NCBI GenBank assembly: GCA_963781885.1
Contig: CAWAHW010000007.1
Coordinates: forward strand, 384,001-448,000
Direction of reading: 5' to 3'
Length of the DNA: 64,000 bases
DNA from: an uncultured Spirochaetota bacterium
Lineage (GTDB): Bacteria > Spirochaetota > Spirochaetia > SZUA-6 > Fen-1364
In this document: positions 48,674-57,999 of the stretch, in pieces
How the letters are laid out: the number at the start of each line of letters is the position of its first letter
Position numbering within the stretch: the first letter of the stretch is position 1
Program-made: the position numbers and the translations under genes
Notes under the pieces: generated by a model
Database searches by the model: none
Told to the model about the DNA's origin: nothing
Seen by the model: only the letters and a program-made list of their open reading frames with translations

Positions 48674-48794
48674 GTGCCACCTCCCGATGCCCGATTCGGG
48701 CGGCGTTCCGCCCGTGTATGGGCAAGTCAGAATATATGGCTAAATATATATTGCGGGACGGAATTTTTCCGCGGAAGAAGAAGACACGTGCTCC

Positions 48795-49709
48795 CTACCG
48801 CGTCTCAGCGATATCCTCAGCCATTTCATGGACCTGCTCACCCGTATAGGCGGTGTGGGGCATCTGGTCCCTGTAGCCGGAAACAATGTCCGCCGACGGA
48901 TCGGTGATCGATCTTTCCAGGTACGCGATGTCAACGGTGAGGGTGCGCTGCTGTCCCGCGGTGCTCACCTTCACCGTGCTGCCGAAAAGGCCTTTGAATG
49001 TCGGGCCGACGAGCTTCCTGCCGTCCGTGCTGTGGCAGCCCAGGCAGCCATTGTCGGCAAGCGCCTTATCCGTAGAGGCGTTGGGCGCCTCCGAGGTGAG
49101 GCCGGGGATGTCGACGTCCTCCCCGTTGAGCCACTTCTTGTACGTGTCGGGGGCAACGACGTAGACCGAGGCGAGCATCTGGGAATGCTGGACACCGCAG
49201 TATTGCGTGCAGAGGATGTCGGAAGAGCCGATCTTATCCGCTTTGAACCAGACGTATGTCTTCATGCCCGGCACGACGTCGGACTTTATCCTGTAATCGG
49301 GCACGAAGAAGCCGTGGATGACGTCAGGGGATTGCATCGTGAGCTGGATGTTGGAGCCTTGCGGTACGATCAGGTCGGTGCTCTTCTTGCCCGTGTCGTA
49401 GGTGAAGAGCCACGACCACTGCCGCGCGGTCACCTGGATCTGGAGGGAATCTGCCGGCGCCGTGCGCAGGAACTTGTACCCGGTGAGGCCGTAGACGAAC
49501 ATCGCCAGCGCGAGCACCACCGATGCCGCGATGAATGCCCCCTCGATCAGCCCGTGCCCCCCGATGTCGGTCGGTGTGGGATTCCTGCTCCGCCGGTAGC
49601 GCACGGCGAAGAAGATCGTGAAGAAGATGATGAGGGCGAAGAGCAGCAAACAGAAGACCATGATGAAAATGAAGGTGCTGTCGACCGCTGCGGTGGTTGA
49701 TCCCGGCAT
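48795..49709 (-). CDS. coxB: Cytochrome c oxidase subunit II with fused cytochrome c
   Basis: ARQWSW.F.Y, DVIHGF, CuA motif CTQYCGVQHSQM, heme c CLGCH, GPTFKGL. Confidence 0.95.
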   Translation of the reverse strand: MPGSTTAAVDSTFIFIMVFCLLLFALIIFFTIFFAVRYRRSRNPTPTDIGGHGLIEGAFIAASVVLALAMFVYGLTGYKFLRTAPADSLQIQVTARQWSWLFTYDTGKKSTDLIVPQGSNIQLTMQSPDVIHGFFVPDYRIKSDVVPGMKTYVWFKADKIGSSDILCTQYCGVQHSQMLASVYVVAPDTYKKWLNGEDVDIPGLTSEAPNASTDKALADNGCLGCHSTDGRKLVGPTFKGLFGSTVKVSTAGQQRTLTVDIAYLERSITDPSADIVSGYRDQMPHTAYTGEQVHEMAEDIAETR

Positions 49710-49713
49710 GTGC

Positions 49714-49977
49714 CTACCTCGTGAGGACGTCGGTGTACGTGAGACCGATGAAGATGGCGAGCACCGTGATGGCAATGGGGACGAGGATCTTCAGGAGAAG
49801 CCTCTTCTCCGTGCTCAGGTGCATGAAGTAGAGCAGGACGAGCGTCGACTTGCCCGCGGCGATGGCGAGCACGACGACGATCGCGATGCGGCCCACGTTG
49901 AGGCCCGCCGTCGTCACCGTGATGGCGGTGAGTACCAGCAGGGCCACCCAGATTCCTATGTAGCGCCGAAGTGCCAC
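49714..49977 (-). CDS. Cytochrome c oxidase subunit IV (caa3-type)
   Basis: LLVLTAITV...IA..K..LV..YFMHL; GTG start after AGGAG. Confidence 0.88.
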   Translation of the reverse strand: MALRRYIGIWVALLVLTAITVTTAGLNVGRIAIVVVLAIAAGKSTLVLLYFMHLSTEKRLLLKILVPIAITVLAIFIGLTYTDVLTR

Positions 49978-49987
49978 AGTCTGACTC

Positions 49988-50597
49988 CTATGAGATGAGA
50001 TAGAAAAGCGGAAACAGGAAGATCCAGATGATGTCGACAAGGTGCCAGTACAGACCCGCGTTTTCCAGTATGGCGGATCGTTTCTGATTGACGGATCCCT
50101 TGACGACCCAGGAGAGCACGACGGACAGCACCGTCATCCCGATGATGACGTGCAACGCGTGCAGCCCCGTCATGGTGAAGTACAGCCCGAAGTAGAGGAT
50201 CTCCCCCGGCGGGTGCTTCAGAAGCTCCGCGGCCCGGGGGTAGAGCCCGTGCTCGAATTTCGCCGCCCACTCGAAGGCCTTCACGACGAGAAACACGCCG
50301 CCCAGCGCGATGGTGGCGCCGAGAAACCATGCCGATCTTCGCTTGTCGCCCCTCTCCTGCAGGGAGTAGATCGCAAGGACCGCCGTGAGGCTCGATGTCA
50401 GGAGGACCGCCGTGTTGAGCGTGCCGTCGAACCGGCTCGAGGTCCATGGAGGCGTTGTGAAAGTCCACCGGATGCTTGGCTCGGTAGACGGCATAGAGGA
50501 GGAAAAGGCCGCCGAAGATGAGTATCTCCGAGAGCAGGAAAAGCCACATCCCGATGCGGGATCCGACGCTCTCGTCGCGTGCTTCCGATGCTTCCAT
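49988..50597 (-). CDS. coxC: Cytochrome c oxidase subunit III, frameshifted near 50438
   Basis: [14 protein letters not shown], then [21 protein letters not shown] and [20 protein letters not shown] in the second frame. Confidence 0.92.
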
Positions 50598-50598
50598 G

Positions 50599-52266
50599 CT
50601 AGTCCTTTTTCTCCTTTTCCGCGCCTGCCGTGACGTCGGTGAAAATGTACGGCCCCCGCGTGACGACCGGTGTGTCCTCGAAATTCTCTACCGGCGGCGG
50701 CGACGGTATCTGCCACTCCAGCGTGGCCCCGCCCCACGGATTGGCCTCCGCCTTTTTTCCGTGGAAGAAGGCCCAGAGGAGATTGCCGAACATCATGCCC
50801 AGGCCGCCCACCATGATCCATGAGCCCACGGTGGCGATGCGCTGCAGGTCCGTGAACTTCGGCAGGTAGGAATAGTAGCGGCGCGGCATCCCCGCCCAGC
50901 CCAGGATGAGGAGCGTCATATAGAAGAGATTGAAACCGACGAACAGCACGATGAAGGACACGGTGGCGAACTTGTAGTCGTAGGTCTTGCCGAACATCTT
51001 CGGGAACCAGTAATGGAGCGCGGCGAAAAGACCGAAGCCCATGCCGCCGAATATGATGTAGTGGAAATGCCCGACGACGAAGTAGGTGTCGTGCGTATGC
51101 ACGTCCGTGGCGAGGGCCCCCAGCACGAGCCCCGTAAGACCGCCGATGGCGAACAGCGCAATGAAGCCCAGCGCATAGAGGAAGGGCGGGTCGATCTTCA
51201 CCGATCCCTTGTACATCGTGGCCACCCAGTTGAAGACCTTGATGGCGCTCGGGACGGCGACGAGGAAGGTGAGGAGGGAAAAGAGGATGCTCGCCGTGTC
51301 GCTCTGGCCGCTTACGTACATGTGGTGGCCCCAGACAATGGACCCGACGCTCGCGATGGCGAGGCTGGAGAAGGCGATTGTCTTGTACCCGAATATGTTC
51401 TTGCGGGAGAAGACGGGGAAGAGGTCCGAGATGATGCCCATGGCGGGCAGGATCATGATGTAGACCGCGGGGTGGGAATAGATCCAGAACAGGTGCTGGT
51501 AGAGCAGCGGATCCCCGCCCTTTGTCGGATCGAAGACCCCGATGCCGAAAAGGCGCTCGATGATGACGAGCACGAGCGTAATGCCGATGACCGGGGTCGC
51601 GAGGATCTGCACCCACGCCGTGGAATACAGGCCCCAGACCGACAGGGGCATGCGGAAGAACGTCATGCCGGGGGCGCGCATCTGGTGCGTGGTGGTCACG
51701 ATGTTGATGCCCGTGAGGATGGAGGACATGCCCAGGAGGAAGACACCGAACACCGCCAGCGGCACATTCACGGTGTCGTTCAGGCTGTAGGGGACGTAGA
51801 ACGTCCAGCCCGTGTCCACGGCGCCCTTGCCGAGCGCCAGGGAGGCGAGCACGACGAAGGCGCCCGTCATGTACAAGTACCAGGAGAAGAGGTTCAGACG
51901 CGGGAAGGACATGTCCCGCCCGCCGATGAGGATGGGCAGGAAGAAGTTGCCGAAGATGGTGGGGATGCCCGGGATCACCACCATGAAGATCATGATGACC
52001 CCGTGCACGGTGAACATGACGTTGTACGCCTGCCCTGCCAGGAAGGGGCTGTTGGGGTACAACATCTGGATGCGCATCAGCACGCCGAGTATGACGGCGA
52101 AGGAAAAGAAGCTCAGCACCGCGACGAGATAGAGCATCCCGATGCGTTTGTGATTGGTGGACGTGAGAAAGCCCTTGAGCCCGATGCGCTTGCCGTTATC
52201 CTGGTACCAGGGGCCCTCGTCGTGCGTGGCCTCGTGGCCGTGAGCCTCTGCGGTCGAATGAGCCAT
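50599..52266 (-). CDS. coxA: Heme-copper oxidase subunit I, type A2
   Basis: [26 protein letters not shown] (A2 YS motif), [24 protein letters not shown]. Confidence 0.97.
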   Translation of the reverse strand: MAHSTAEAHGHEATHDEGPWYQDNGKRIGLKGFLTSTNHKRIGMLYLVAVLSFFSFAVILGVLMRIQMLYPNSPFLAGQAYNVMFTVHGVIMIFMVVIPGIPTIFGNFFLPILIGGRDMSFPRLNLFSWYLYMTGAFVVLASLALGKGAVDTGWTFYVPYSLNDTVNVPLAVFGVFLLGMSSILTGINIVTTTHQMRAPGMTFFRMPLSVWGLYSTAWVQILATPVIGITLVLVIIERLFGIGVFDPTKGGDPLLYQHLFWIYSHPAVYIMILPAMGIISDLFPVFSRKNIFGYKTIAFSSLAIASVGSIVWGHHMYVSGQSDTASILFSLLTFLVAVPSAIKVFNWVATMYKGSVKIDPPFLYALGFIALFAIGGLTGLVLGALATDVHTHDTYFVVGHFHYIIFGGMGFGLFAALHYWFPKMFGKTYDYKFATVSFIVLFVGFNLFYMTLLILGWAGMPRRYYSYLPKFTDLQRIATVGSWIMVGGLGMMFGNLLWAFFHGKKAEANPWGGATLEWQIPSPPPVENFEDTPVVTRGPYIFTDVTAGAEKEKKD

Positions 52267-52269
52267 GGA

Positions 52270-53082
52270 TCAAACCCTCCTCGCTGCCCTGCGCCGGCGA
52301 CCCGAGAGAACCAGGTACAGCAGGAAACCCGCGGCGAGGGCCAGGGTGACGATGCCCGTCACCTTCAGCATGTTGAAAACGTAGCCGTGTTTCTGTGGAT
52401 CGTAGCTGAGGCAGAATCGGAGCACCTTCGCGATGGTCGGACCGACGGTGCCGGTGGATGCCTCCAGGAAGGACATCTTCAGGTCCACGGGGAGAAAATC
52501 CGTGCCCGTCATGTAGCGCACGATCTTGCCCTTCGGCGAGAGGATGACGAGCCCCAGGGGATGATCGAACTCGTCGCCGTCCTTCACGTAATGGAAGCCG
52601 ATTGCATCGGCAACCGCGTTGATGTTCTTCTCATCGCCGGTGAGGAAGCGCCAGTCCTCCGCGGGGAACGGCGCTTCAATGGACTCCAGGCCGATCTTTT
52701 TCGACTTGAGGGCATCGACGGTCGTTTCCCGCGGGTCGATGCTGATTGTGATGACCTGGAAGTCCTTCCCCGGTACGGCCTCCACGTCGGCCAGGACGCC
52801 CGCCATGCCCGTGAGGAGATAGTCACAGGCGTTGGGACACCGGTAGTAGACGAGCGCGAGCACGGTGGGAGCGTGGACAAGGTCGCGCAGCGAGGCGGTG
52901 CTGCCGTCCTCCAGCGTGAAGCGTGCGTCCAGCGGCACGGAGGCGCCGAGGTGCTGCTCGATGCCGACGCCGCCAAAGACGCCTGTCGGGGGAGCCACCG
53001 CGTCCGCCATGCCGGAGACCGCGCCGGCCAGGAGAATAGCCAGCGCGGCAAGGAGAGCTTTCCGCGCGGTGCACCGGTTCAT
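52270..53082 (-). CDS. SCO/SenC copper chaperone
   Basis: YYRCPNAC (CxxxC), SIDPRET, WRFLTG, conserved His; C-terminal TM. Confidence 0.92.
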   Translation of the reverse strand: MNRCTARKALLAALAILLAGAVSGMADAVAPPTGVFGGVGIEQHLGASVPLDARFTLEDGSTASLRDLVHAPTVLALVYYRCPNACDYLLTGMAGVLADVEAVPGKDFQVITISIDPRETTVDALKSKKIGLESIEAPFPAEDWRFLTGDEKNINAVADAIGFHYVKDGDEFDHPLGLVILSPKGKIVRYMTGTDFLPVDLKMSFLEASTGTVGPTIAKVLRFCLSYDPQKHGYVFNMLKVTGIVTLALAAGFLLYLVLSGRRRRAARRV

Positions 53083-53084
53083 GG

Positions 53085-53858
53085 CTATTTCCAGGTAGTC
53101 GCGCGCATCGTGCTGAGGTAGGCGTAGAGGTCGCCCGCCTGCTTGTCGCTGATCTGGTCCGCGGGGAATGGCGGCATCTGGCCGTCCTTGCCGTCAGGCA
53201 TCTTCGGCGCCCGGATGAAAGCCACGAATGTGTCCTGGGTCTGGAGCTTTTTCGTCGCCCGGATGGTGAGCTTTGCCTCGATGACATTTCCCCCATCGGG
53301 ATGGCACGACACGCAGTTGTCGCTGAAGATGCGCTGCCCCGGCGGCACGGCAGCCACGGTTGCCGCCTTCGTGGAGGAGGAGGGAGCGGCGGGCTGCTCC
53401 ACCGGCGCGGAACCCCCCGCTGCCATCGCGTAGACACCCGGCACCAGCCGCGCGCCGTAGTAACCCAGCCCCGTCACGGCGAGGAAGGCCAGGGCGTAGA
53501 GAACGATCATGGGCGCGGCGTGCACCTTCAGCTCGCTCCCCACGATGATGCCGATGGCCAGCACCACCAGCACGATCGAGGCGAGGATCATCTTCATCTT
53601 GATGGGCTGGAGGAGCACTCCCTTGTAGAAGTGCAGCCAGTCGAACACACCGAAGAGGATGGTCGGGAACACGAAGAGGAAAGCGAGGATGGAGACGTGA
53701 CGGGCGGTGGTGATCAGATTCTTGCGCCCGAAGATGACCGCGACAAGGAAGAACAGGAACGCTCCGATGACAAGGCCGATGGGGATGTGGGTGAACGGGG
53801 CGTGCAGGGGGTCCGTGAAACCGGTCTTCGCGATCAGAGCATACAGGGAATCGATCAT
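53085..53858 (-). CDS. DUF2231-like 4-TM membrane domain fused to cytochrome c
   Basis: PLHAPFTHIPIG...GYYGARLV membrane domain; CVSCHPDGGNVI...MPPF c6-like heme c domain. Confidence 0.82.
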   Translation of the reverse strand: MIDSLYALIAKTGFTDPLHAPFTHIPIGLVIGAFLFFLVAVIFGRKNLITTARHVSILAFLFVFPTILFGVFDWLHFYKGVLLQPIKMKMILASIVLVVLAIGIIVGSELKVHAAPMIVLYALAFLAVTGLGYYGARLVPGVYAMAAGGSAPVEQPAAPSSSTKAATVAAVPPGQRIFSDNCVSCHPDGGNVIEAKLTIRATKKLQTQDTFVAFIRAPKMPDGKDGQMPPFPADQISDKQAGDLYAYLSTMRATTWK

Positions 53859-53955
53859 CGTCCGCCTCCTCCGCGTTCCTTTGACGCGCGCTGATGTCAA
53901 ACATCGCCGAGGGCGATGTAAAGCAAACAGCCGAAGCGGAAGAGATGCCGGGGTG

Positions 53956-54654
53956 CTACTTCACCGACTTTTCGTACCTGGCGATCCCCTGCCGCAGTTG
54001 CTTCGCCGTGTCCGGATCGGGGAGGCCCGAACCTTCAAGAATATCGGACGGCCGTGCAATCTCTTTTTGATAGTAAGCAGCGTTCGCGTCATAGTCAATG
54101 TCAATTGCAGCGCCCTGGATCGCGAGACCGGCGAAAACCCCGCGCGCGCGGGAGTAGGAATAGATTTCCGCCGTGAGATCGCTGTCCGTCACCGCTGCCG
54201 CGTCGCGGCCGAGCGACCCGGCGGCCACGGAGGCATCCACGCCGACGGTGTACTTGCCGCGCAGGACGCGCTCGACGCTCCCGGGCGTGCGGAAGAAGAG
54301 GATGATGTCGGAGGACTGGATGCCGATCTGCCAGCCAAAGCTTCCCCCCGTGATCGTGATGAAGAGGGGCCGGCCCCAGGCGCCGTCCTTTCCGCGCGAG
54401 ACGAGGACGCCCTTGCCGCGCATGCCGCCGACGACAAAACCGACGCGCTTCACGCCCGGGAGAATGGCGATGCCCGCCGCGTTGCGCATGAGGACAGCGG
54501 GAATCTGGTACTCGGGCACTGTCGTGAAGACCTGGAATATATCCAGCGCGCTTTTCACCCGGTCATTTTCCGCGCTCTGCGCCCCTGCGATGCCCGCCGA
54601 GGCGATGAACAGGACAAGGACGATTGCACACACGGTCCACCGCATTCTGGTCAT
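53956..54654 (-). CDS. SYLF/Ysc84 lipid-binding domain protein
   Basis: Signal peptide; GGMRGKGVL, GGSFGWQIG.Q, AAG..GR, YSYSRARGVFAG. Confidence 0.9.
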   Translation of the reverse strand: MTRMRWTVCAIVLVLFIASAGIAGAQSAENDRVKSALDIFQVFTTVPEYQIPAVLMRNAAGIAILPGVKRVGFVVGGMRGKGVLVSRGKDGAWGRPLFITITGGSFGWQIGIQSSDIILFFRTPGSVERVLRGKYTVGVDASVAAGSLGRDAAAVTDSDLTAEIYSYSRARGVFAGLAIQGAAIDIDYDANAAYYQKEIARPSDILEGSGLPDPDTAKQLRQGIARYEKSVK

Positions 54655-54780
54655 ACGCTTTCCCTCCAGGGTCCCGATTTTTCCATTATAGAACACCGCT
54701 GGTCGGTCCGTCTGCCCGCAACCCCGGATTGACCTCACCCCGGCCCGCGGCAGGCCGATAAGCTTAAGAGGGGGGTCTTC

Positions 54781-56952
54781 GTGATCGCTTTCGGCAGGAG
54801 GATGACTCCTGCGTTGCTCTCCGTTGTCGCCGCTCTGCTCTTTCTCGCGTTCCTCTGCTGGGCGTCGCTCGCGCTGCACCTGGCGGGCCTGCCGGGCGTG
54901 CCGTCGGCGATAGGCCGCTTTCTCTTCGGGGGCTTTTCCTGGGCAAGTCTGTTTGCCCCACTCTACTTCCTCGCGGGCGTTGCGCTCCTCCTGGGCCGTG
55001 TGTTCCGCCGGCGCTCGGCCCTGCTCCTCATGTTCTCCATCGTGCCGTTTCTCACGCTCGCCGTCCTTTTCCACGTCCTCAGCCGGTCCGGGTCGCTCTT
55101 TCCCCAGATCCTCGTCGATGCATTCGGGGCGCTGCCTTCCGCGCTGCTTCTCTTCCTCCTGCTCGCGCTGGAGACGATATTTCTCTTCACGCTGCCGTAT
55201 GGGACCGGCTCCCGGGAGACGCCGCGGCCGCGTGCCCGCACGCTTGCCCTGCCGGTCTCACCCGTGCCTCCCGCGGCTGAGGATGCGGTTCCCGCGATCG
55301 TCGTGCCGGCCGCGGAAGAACCCGTTGAAGAACCCGCATTGGAGCCGGAACCGGCTGCCGTCGAGCCTCCTGCGTCCGCGCAGGTTGAAGCGATTGGGGA
55401 AAATCATGAGGAGCCGCTTGAGCAGGAAAATGAGCCGGAGCCCGAACCCTTGACCGTCGAGCAGGAGCAGCCGCGGGGTCCCGCGGTCATGCTCACCCCC
55501 GGCCCCGCGCAGGAAGAGCTGCCCTTCCCGAAGCTGGCAGGCGCGGCGCGCGCCTACGGCATCCCCGTGGGCGACGTGCTGAAGAACCGCGGCGACAACG
55601 AGTACTGGATCATCGACGACGAGACGAAGCGCGCGTCGCGCATCCTCACGGACGCCCTGAAAGAGTTCAATATCGATGCCGAGGTGACGGGCATCCGCAA
55701 AGGGCCCGTCATCACACTTTTCGAGGTGCTGCCGGCCCAGGGCGTGCGCGTCTCAAAGATCGCCAATCTTTCGGACAACATCGCGCTGCGTCTTGCCGCG
55801 CCCAGCGTCCGCATCGTGGCGCCCATCCCCGGTCGGCACGCCGTGGGCATCGAGGTGCCCAACCGGGTGCGCTCCATCGTCTCGTTCAAGGAGATGATCT
55901 CGCTGGACGTGATGCAGAAGTCCGCCTACGAGATCCCGCTGGCTCTGGGAAAGGACATCCTGGGCGAGGCACAGGTCATCGACCTGGTCCAGACCCCGCA
56001 CCTGCTGATTGGCGGCGCCACCAATTCGGGTAAGAGCGTGCTGGTGAACTCGATCATCTGCTCCATTCTTTTCCGCCGCAGCCCCGACGAGGTGCGCCTC
56101 TTCCTCATCGATCCCAAGATCGTCGAGCTGAAGCTCTATAACGGCTGCCCCCACCTCCTCACGCCCGTCATCACCGACCCGAAGAAGGCCTTCCAGGCGC
56201 TGCAGTACTGCATCTCGGAGATGGAGAGGCGCTACACGCTGCTGGACGCGCTGGGCGTACGCGACATCCGCGCCTTCAACAAGAAGGCGAAAAAGGAGCG
56301 CGTGCAGCGCCTGCCCTACATCGTCATCGTGATCGACGAGTTCGCCGACCTGATGGCCACCACGGGCAAGGAGTTGGAATCCACGCTGGCGCGTCTTGCC
56401 GCCATGGCGCGCGCGGTGGGCATCCACATGGTGCTCGCCACGCAGCGGCCGTCCATCGACGTGATCACCGGCCTCATCAAGGCGAACATCCCGTCGCGCA
56501 TCGCCTTCATGGTGGCGAACAAGTTCGACTCGCGCATCATCGTGGACGCCGTGGGCGCCGAGAAGCTCCTGGGCAAGGGCGACATGCTCTTCTCCGCCGC
56601 CTGGAACCCGTTCCCCGTCCGCATCCAGGGCGCCTATATCGACGACGACGAGATCGACTCCGTCACCGAGTACGTGAAGAAGCTGGGGCCTCCCCAGTAC
56701 ATCGACGACGAGGTGTTCTTCGATGACGAGGAGACGGGCGACTTCGAGGGTGAGCCGGGCAATGACCCGCTCTTCGAGAGGGCGCTGGAAGTCGTCATGG
56801 GACAGGGAAAGGCCTCCGCCTCCTATATCCAGCGGCGTCTGAAGGTCGGCTACAACCGTGCGGCGCGCCTGGTGGAGGAGATGGAGATGCGCGGCATCGT
56901 GGGGCCGTCCCAGGGCAGCAAGCCGCGCGAGATCATCCACGTGCCGAAATAG
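54781..56952 (+). CDS. ftsK: DNA translocase FtsK
   Basis: N-terminal TMs, RIVAPIPG..AVGIEVPN, Walker A GATNSGKS, IDPKIVEL, IDEFADLM, ATQRPS, GAEKLLGKGDML, gamma domain GYNRAARL. Confidence 0.96.
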   Translation: MIAFGRRMTPALLSVVAALLFLAFLCWASLALHLAGLPGVPSAIGRFLFGGFSWASLFAPLYFLAGVALLLGRVFRRRSALLLMFSIVPFLTLAVLFHVLSRSGSLFPQILVDAFGALPSALLLFLLLALETIFLFTLPYGTGSRETPRPRARTLALPVSPVPPAAEDAVPAIVVPAAEEPVEEPALEPEPAAVEPPASAQVEAIGENHEEPLEQENEPEPEPLTVEQEQPRGPAVMLTPGPAQEELPFPKLAGAARAYGIPVGDVLKNRGDNEYWIIDDETKRASRILTDALKEFNIDAEVTGIRKGPVITLFEVLPAQGVRVSKIANLSDNIALRLAAPSVRIVAPIPGRHAVGIEVPNRVRSIVSFKEMISLDVMQKSAYEIPLALGKDILGEAQVIDLVQTPHLLIGGATNSGKSVLVNSIICSILFRRSPDEVRLFLIDPKIVELKLYNGCPHLLTPVITDPKKAFQALQYCISEMERRYTLLDALGVRDIRAFNKKAKKERVQRLPYIVIVIDEFADLMATTGKELESTLARLAAMARAVGIHMVLATQRPSIDVITGLIKANIPSRIAFMVANKFDSRIIVDAVGAEKLLGKGDMLFSAAWNPFPVRIQGAYIDDDEIDSVTEYVKKLGPPQYIDDEVFFDDEETGDFEGEPGNDPLFERALEVVMGQGKASASYIQRRLKVGYNRAARLVEEMEMRGIVGPSQGSKPREIIHVPK

Positions 56953-57021
56953 GGCCTCTTGCCTCACGGAGCCGACGCCCCTATCATGAGGCGATACGGA
57001 AGCCGTCAGGAGGTACACTGA

Positions 57022-57994
57022 ATGCGCAGGGCCCTGCTCCTTGTCGCCTCCCTTTCCTTCGCTTTTGCCGCCCCCTCCGCGTCCGCGGAGCTCCTGGTGC
57101 TCACCTACAATCTCGGTCTCCTCAAGGTCCTCGGATCCAACCTCGTGCCGCTGGTGGACGCGCGCGCGAAGGCGGCACCCGCGGAGCTTGCGAGGCTCGC
57201 CGCGGGCACGCCCGCGGACATCATCCTGCTCGAAGAGGTCTGGCGCGATCGGTACGCGGACGCCATTGCCCGGCGCGCTGGCGCCCCTGGGATATGCCGC
57301 CATCAAGCCGAACGTCCACACCATCGCCGGCCTGACGAGCGGGCTCCTGCTCCTGGTGAAGCAGCCCTTGAAGGTCGTGGACTGGAAGTTTACTCCTTTC
57401 AGCCGGGATACATTCGCCGATTCCTTTGCGCGCAAAGGAGTGCTCGAGGCGACGATTGAAAATGAATCCGACGGCTCGCAGTTCGTGCTCGTCGGCACCC
57501 ATACCGTTGCGCTGGATACGAACAATGGCACGCCGACGAACAAGTCCCAGGTGAGCGCGATCATGGCCCAGGCCGCCCAGATCCATTCGGTACTGGCCTC
57601 CCGGTCGCAAAATGGAAAGCTTCCTGCCCTTCTGCTGGGGGACTTCAATGTCGGCCCCGGCTACGTGGATGATGCCTACCGCGCCATCGCCTCGGAAGGC
57701 GTGCGTGAGACGGGCGCGACGCTCCAGCCGCAGGCGCCGCTCGTCACGTGGGATCCCAAGAACCCGCTCGTGAAATTCGGCAATTACCCGAACGAGCCCC
57801 CGGCGAAGATCGATCATGTCTTTCTTCAAGATGGCGCCGTCATGCAATGGGTCCCCCGTGACTGCTGGGTCAGGCAGATGCAGCCGGTGGAGGGACTGAC
57901 GATCGTTCCGCAAAAAGGCGCGGGACCGGTGCCGATACCGCTGTCGGATCACTACGCCTTCCTGGTCCGCCTGGACCTCTTGTCGACAAGGTAG
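57022..57994 (+). CDS. Secreted endonuclease/exonuclease/phosphatase (sphingomyelinase-like), frameshifted near 57270
   Basis: Signal peptide, LTYN and LEEVW in frame 1; SGL, KGVL, GTH, GDFN, IDHVF and SDHY in frame 2. Confidence 0.85.
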
Positions 57995-57999
57995 GTACA

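Noticed and set aside
48728-48756. NrdR-box-like AT-rich motif (AATATATATTGCG)
   Set aside because: Poor match to the NrdR consensus and not upstream of nrdJ; more likely a promoter element of the Ig-like gene
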